Of a DNA stretch of 64,000 bases, positions 59,763 to 64,000 are shown piece after piece. A program made the position numbers and the translations under genes. This stretch comes from Terrimicrobiaceae bacterium (GTDB taxonomy: Bacteria > Verrucomicrobiota > Verrucomicrobiia > Chthoniobacterales > Terrimicrobiaceae), in contig JBGSVZ010000019.1 of the NCBI GenBank assembly GCA_041752695.1, positions 32,001 to 96,000 on the forward strand, given 5' to 3'. The notes below the pieces were generated by a model. It had not been told where the DNA came from. It searched no databases and saw only the letters and a list, made by a program, of their open reading frames with translations. Within the stretch, counting starts at the first letter, position 1. Each line of letters opens with the position of its first letter.

Positions 59763-59894
59763 TTGTCCAAGGCAGAGGCGCGACCCTCCAAGGCAAGACA
59801 AGGGTCTTTCCGGCGCAAGTCTATCCCGCCTTAATATGGCACAGCGCGACGAGAAACCAGACCGAGGCGCATCTTCGGGTACACTTAGACATGG

Positions 59895-60326
59895 TCATGA
59901 CTCGTTGGAAATGAACCAAAACTGGACGTGGCGCGCTTGCCAGTTGACCGCCAAGATAAATTCCGAAGCGGCGTAGAAAACATAGCCTTTGCGTTGGAGC
60001 TTGGCGTGATTGGCGGTGATACGATCGAGCTGGGGAGCGGGCGAGGCCTCCAGGCTGGCCCGGAAGGAATGGTCGTCATCTTTCCGAAAACGAAACGACC
60101 CGATTCCCGTGTTGTCTTCGGGATCACGAACCTCAAAAATGGCGTAGGCCGAATCGGGCAACACCGTGGAGATCCATCCGCGCCCGACGTCGCCCGACCG
60201 GGCCTCGCTGGCTGTCGCGTAACTGCTGCGCACGGACGAATCGCACCCTGCCACGAACAAGAGGTTCGCGCTGAGAAAGAAGGAAAAAAACGAACATCCC
60301 AGACGCCATCCATTCCGGCGACCCAT
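59895..60326 (-). CDS. Hypothetical lipoprotein
   Basis: Lipobox FVAG|C from ATG 60326; RGW...LP.SA motif. Confidence 0.6.
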   Translation of the reverse strand: MGRRNGWRLGCSFFSFFLSANLLFVAGCDSSVRSSYATASEARSGDVGRGWISTVLPDSAYAIFEVRDPEDNTGIGSFRFRKDDDHSFRASLEASPAPQLDRITANHAKLQRKGYVFYAASEFILAVNWQARHVQFWFISNES

Positions 60327-60364
60327 GAAGAATCCGCGGAAACCTTCCGCGTCTGGCAATGCGG

Positions 60365-60697
60365 TCATGGGTAATCCGGCGTAAAGTTTTGCTGTTTTAG
60401 CCAAGCCCCAAATTCGCGGCGGACCGACTGGAGTTCGCCGGAGGACAGGGGCAAACGCTCCGGGTAGATCCAATTCTCCAGTCCTTCCGGCCAGACCAGC
60501 ATGTCATAGGGGGCAACCCCGGCCATCTCGACATAAACTTCCAGCACCCTCTCGCCCGACCGGAAATAGATGAAGCCGGAACGACCAACGGGGCGAAACG
60601 TGAAGCCCGGTGCCAGCGTGGAGGCCGCCTCGGAGCGACGGTGTGCGCGGGCTTCTCGAACTGCCGATGCTCGTTCCTGGTCTTCTTCGCTGGACAT
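60365..60697 (-). CDS. Hypothetical protein (110 aa)
   Basis: Co-oriented, 21 nt after the permease stop; globular composition; no family recognised with confidence. Confidence 0.55.
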   Translation of the reverse strand: MSSEEDQERASAVREARAHRRSEAASTLAPGFTFRPVGRSGFIYFRSGERVLEVYVEMAGVAPYDMLVWPEGLENWIYPERLPLSSGELQSVRREFGAWLKQQNFTPDYP

Positions 60698-60718
60698 CTC
60701 AAAGGACTCCGCGCGTCT

Positions 60719-62053
60719 TTATTCGTAGCGGAGCGCACCGATCGGATCGAGGCGCGAGGCGCGGATGGCGGGGTAGATGCCGGAAACAATGCCGGCGAGG
60801 ATGGCAAAAACGACGCTGATCACGACGGAACTCATGGTCATGAGGGGAGGATTCTCGCTCGGGGCGACGACCGCAAGGATCTGGATAAGCGCAGCGCCCG
60901 CGGCGATGCCAATGAGACCGCCGATAAAAGCGACCGAGACGCTTTCGACCAGAATCTGGAGAAAGATATCCCGGCCCTTGGCGCCGACCGCAAGGCGGAT
61001 TCCAATCTCGCGGACACGCTCGGTGATGCTGGCGAGCATAATATTTGTAATGCCGATGCCCCCGACGACGAGGCTAATGACGGCAATAAGTCCACCGCTC
61101 AGCCGGGTGGCGGATATGCTGGCTTCCATGCGGTCGAACCATTCTTCGCGCGTCTCGAGTTCGTAATCGTCCACCCCCCGGTGGGTGACGTCGAGGGCAC
61201 GGCGGACTTGGTCGAGGGTCTCCCGGAAAAAGTCGAGGTTGTTGACGCGCAGCGACATGCTCTCGAGGCGGACGGATTCCAGGGAGTCATTAGGGAACTG
61301 GCCCGACTTAAACTCGTAAAACATGGTGGTAAGCGGAATAAGGACGGATTCGTTTTTCTGGCGAAAAGGATCCCAGCGTCCGGACTGGCGCCCGCGAACG
61401 GGGGCGACCCCGCGATGTTTCTGGTTCGCAGCCATGATGGCGCGCATGCGTTTATCCTGTTCGCGTTCGTAGCGGGTAAAGACGCCGACAACTTGAAAGG
61501 GCGATTGGTTAACGGTGAGAACACGCCCGACGATGTCCTTGGGTTCGGTATTGGGCCAGAGGCGGCGGGCGATTTCATCGCCGAGGACCACGCTGTGGGT
61601 GGCCTGGTCGATGTCCAGCGGGGTGAGGAACCGGCCGGCCGCCATCTCGTGGCGGGCAACAACGTAATGGTCGGGCCAGACGCCGCGGACGCCTTTGCGG
61701 TCGGAGAAAAAAGGGCTGGCAACGAGCGCACCCTGCGACATTTCCGGGGAGACGTGGGAGACATTGGGGACGGAAGCCAGGATGGCGCGTGCATCCATGA
61801 GCGTGCGCCCGGGAGAAAGGTTCCAAAACTCAAACATGGCGTTGGAAATTTCCTTGTTCTGAACGTTGACAAACTCCAGTCCGCCGATCTGCTGCATGAA
61901 GGTGCGGGTGCCTTTTTCAATCCCGGCGGTCAAAGCCATGGTGGCGATGAGGCTGCTCACGCCAAGGACGATGCCGAGCATGGAAAGGATGCTGCGGAAT
62001 TTATGCGCCAGAATCTCCCGCAAACCAGTCTCGAGACAGATGAGGAGGTTCAT
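60719..62053 (-). CDS. MacB-type ABC transporter permease
   Basis: RS.LSMLGIVLGV, GRF, SL.VGGIGI.NIML.S.TER.REIG.R.A.GA, ALRYE. Confidence 0.93.
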   Translation of the reverse strand: MNLLICLETGLREILAHKFRSILSMLGIVLGVSSLIATMALTAGIEKGTRTFMQQIGGLEFVNVQNKEISNAMFEFWNLSPGRTLMDARAILASVPNVSHVSPEMSQGALVASPFFSDRKGVRGVWPDHYVVARHEMAAGRFLTPLDIDQATHSVVLGDEIARRLWPNTEPKDIVGRVLTVNQSPFQVVGVFTRYEREQDKRMRAIMAANQKHRGVAPVRGRQSGRWDPFRQKNESVLIPLTTMFYEFKSGQFPNDSLESVRLESMSLRVNNLDFFRETLDQVRRALDVTHRGVDDYELETREEWFDRMEASISATRLSGGLIAVISLVVGGIGITNIMLASITERVREIGIRLAVGAKGRDIFLQILVESVSVAFIGGLIGIAAGAALIQILAVVAPSENPPLMTMSSVVISVVFAILAGIVSGIYPAIRASRLDPIGALRYE

Positions 62054-62730
62054 GGCGCGTATTCGCGACGGATGAGGCCGTCGCGGATTTCGATGACACG
62101 TTTCGTGACGGCCGCGACGTCGGGGTCGTGGGTGACGAGGATGACCGTTTTTCCGTCGCGGTTGAGTTGCCGGAACATTTCCAAAATCATCTCACCGGTG
62201 GTGCTGTCGAGGTTGCCGGTGGGTTCGTCGCCAAAGAGGATGCGTGGGCGATTGACGAGGGCGCGCCCGATGGCGACCCGCTGGCATTGGCCACCGCTAA
62301 GCTGGGTGGGGCGGTTGCCCAGGCGTTCGCCCAGGCCAACGGATTTAGCAACCTCAATGGCACGCTCGCGGCGTTCCGTGCGGGATATGCCCGAGTAGAT
62401 GAGGGGAAGCTCAATGTTACGGACAACGTCGAGTTTCGGGAGGAGATTAAACGCCTGGAAAACGAAGCCGAGATCGCGGTTGCGGACTTCGGCGAGTTTG
62501 TCGGCGGAGGCGGAACTCACATCGTGGCCGCAGATTTCCATGCGTCCGGTGGTGGGAGTATCAAGGCAGCCCAGCAGGTGCATGAGGGTGGATTTGCCGC
62601 TCCCGCTGGGTCCGGTGATGGCGACGAACTCGCCTTCCTCAATGCGCAGGGAGACCCCATCAAGCGCGCGGATGACCTGGTCGCCGATGTGATAGGACTT
62701 TTTGACGTTTTCGAGAAAAACGAGGGACAT
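62050..62730 (-). CDS. MacB/LolD-type ABC ATP-binding protein
   Basis: GPSGSGKST, GFVFQ, LSGGQ.QRVAI, DEPTGNLD; likely start ATG 62730. Confidence 0.95.
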   Translation of the reverse strand: MSLVFLENVKKSYHIGDQVIRALDGVSLRIEEGEFVAITGPSGSGKSTLMHLLGCLDTPTTGRMEICGHDVSSASADKLAEVRNRDLGFVFQAFNLLPKLDVVRNIELPLIYSGISRTERRERAIEVAKSVGLGERLGNRPTQLSGGQCQRVAIGRALVNRPRILFGDEPTGNLDSTTGEMILEMFRQLNRDGKTVILVTHDPDVAAVTKRVIEIRDGLIRREYAP

Positions 62731-62738
62731 CAGGGAAG

Positions 62739-62823
62739 GGTCATTGGTCAATGGTCATTAGTCACTCGGGGGACGCCATCGCACTTTTTCATCCAATGAC
62801 TAATAACAAATGACCATTGACCA
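62739..62823. repeat. Inverted arrays of TGACCAA-like heptamers
   Basis: GGTCATT-GGTCAAT-GGTCATT-AGTCA (62739-62764) versus TGACTAA-TAACAAA-TGACCAT-TGACC (62797-62822): 22 of 26 complementary. Confidence 0.85.
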
Positions 62824-62824
62824 C

Positions 62825-63913
62825 CTACGACTTCGTCGGCGTGAGGGTGGGCTCGGTGAGGAGGATCTCCTCGCCGGCATCGACGCCGGATTTGATTTCG
62901 ACGAAAGAGAGGTTATTGACGCCGACCGTGACGCGGCGTTTTTCGGTGGAGCCGCCCTTGCGGACGTAAACGACGTTTTGTTTACTGTCTTTGAAGACAG
63001 CACTCACTGGCACACTGACGGCCTGGTCGGCTTTACCCACAGGGACGTTCATGCTGACGGACATGCCGGGTTTGAGGCGGCCGTTGTCGTCCTCGATGAG
63101 GGCGTGGACTTCGAAGCCCTTGATGTTGTTCTTCACGAGGGCAAGGGGCGCGATGAACTCAATGCGGGCCTTCACCGGTTCGTCGGAGGAGTCCGACATA
63201 TTGACCTCCACGATCTGGCCTTTCGTGAGGCGGGGTGCGTCCACCTGGTTGACGTGGGAGTAGATCAGAAGCTGGGAGAGATCGGCAAAGTCCATCAGGA
63301 TGGTGCCGGAGTTCACGCTGGCGGCGGCGACGACCACGGTTCCTTCGTTGACCATGATGTCGAGCACGGTGCCGTCGGCGGGGGCGGTGATGGAGGTTTT
63401 GCTGAGCCGGTCTTTGACAATCTGGAGGCGGCTCTCCGCTTTCTGGAGCGTGTTTTTCGAGATGTTGAGGTCCGACTCCAGATTGGCGAAAACTTCTTTG
63501 CTAATGAGCTTTTGCCCAAAGAGAGCGCGGGCACGTTCGTAATTTCCGAGGTTTTTTTCCACGGCGATGCGGGCGCCTTCGATTTCGGTCTCCGCGGCCG
63601 CCATTTCGGTGCGAAGATCGCGGTCGTCAATCGTGACAAGAAGATCGCCTTTGGAAACGGCCTGGCCGACCTGTACGTGGATCTTGGCAATTTTTCCCCC
63701 GACTTCTCCTTTGATATCGTAGCGAAAACCTGGGGTCACTTCGCCAGTGAGGAGGAGGCTCGACTCAATGTCGCGGCGTTCGGCCATGGCGACCATCTCG
63801 GCGGCGGCATCGGCACCGGCGGGTGCGGCCCATTTCTGGCGAGCCCACCATCCCGCGCCGGCCAAGCCGCCGATCAGGAAAAGAACAACGAACCAGCGGA
63901 AAAACGTTTTCAC
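62825..63913 (-). CDS. Efflux periplasmic adaptor (MacA-like membrane fusion protein)
   Basis: N-terminal TM, G.I.KI.V..GQ.V.KGD.L, I.AP.DG.V, LKPGM, VEI.SG...GE. Confidence 0.92.
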   Translation of the reverse strand: MKTFFRWFVVLFLIGGLAGAGWWARQKWAAPAGADAAAEMVAMAERRDIESSLLLTGEVTPGFRYDIKGEVGGKIAKIHVQVGQAVSKGDLLVTIDDRDLRTEMAAAETEIEGARIAVEKNLGNYERARALFGQKLISKEVFANLESDLNISKNTLQKAESRLQIVKDRLSKTSITAPADGTVLDIMVNEGTVVVAAASVNSGTILMDFADLSQLLIYSHVNQVDAPRLTKGQIVEVNMSDSSDEPVKARIEFIAPLALVKNNIKGFEVHALIEDDNGRLKPGMSVSMNVPVGKADQAVSVPVSAVFKDSKQNVVYVRKGGSTEKRRVTVGVNNLSFVEIKSGVDAGEEILLTEPTLTPTKS

Positions 63914-64000
63914 GGGATGGAAGAATCCTCTCCGAAAAAGAGGGCGCAGGAGGCGGCGTACGAGTGGATGTAATTGCGTCCGCCAAGCGGGGCGACCTCG

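Noticed and set aside
1..64000. CRISPR array, tRNA/rRNA, prophage, IS, retroelement or defence system
   Set aside because: No regularly spaced repeats, structural RNA signatures, integrase, transposase, reverse transcriptase or nuclease motifs were seen by eye.

Overview
High-GC bacterial chromosomal segment, almost certainly Verrucomicrobiota (Chthoniobacterales/Terrimicrobium-like), judged from the four-gene Verru_Chthon pseudopilin cassette, a PEP-CTERM protein and the repeat types. All family calls are from recognised motifs; no searches were run. Positions 1-20.7 kb are one co-oriented minus-strand accessory block: vccB-vccC-vccA-vccD, a large PEP-CTERM beta-strand-repeat protein, GH125, two paralogous GH5s separated by a truncated sialate O-acetylesterase, a clan GH-A hydrolase, an oligogalacturonate-lyase-like propeller, GH130, a heparinase II/III-like protein and the start of an MFS sugar transporter. 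It looks like a glycan-utilisation locus with pseudopilins and no SusC/D in view. The natural start of vccA (TAATG-coupled to vccC) is out of frame with the gene body. Between them lie a (GTTGATT)x3 heptamer repeat and an in-phase A_AAA_AAC slippery site, so this is a candidate ON/OFF or recoding switch, or an assembly error. The rest of the window holds a five-gene envelope-modification operon (PAP2, ArnT-like, ArnC-like, split membrane/spermidine-synthase-like pair with a lipobox), a 963-aa GH64/thaumatin-like secreted protein, a Zymomonas/plant-type pyruvate decarboxylase, housekeeping genes (uup, galE, dnaE, trxA, prc, pilC, ugd, lptD, clpS, ybeY, phoH, hldE kinase, gmhB, MacAB-type ABC exporter) and several small palindromic repeats. 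No rRNA, tRNA, CRISPR array or transposase was seen.
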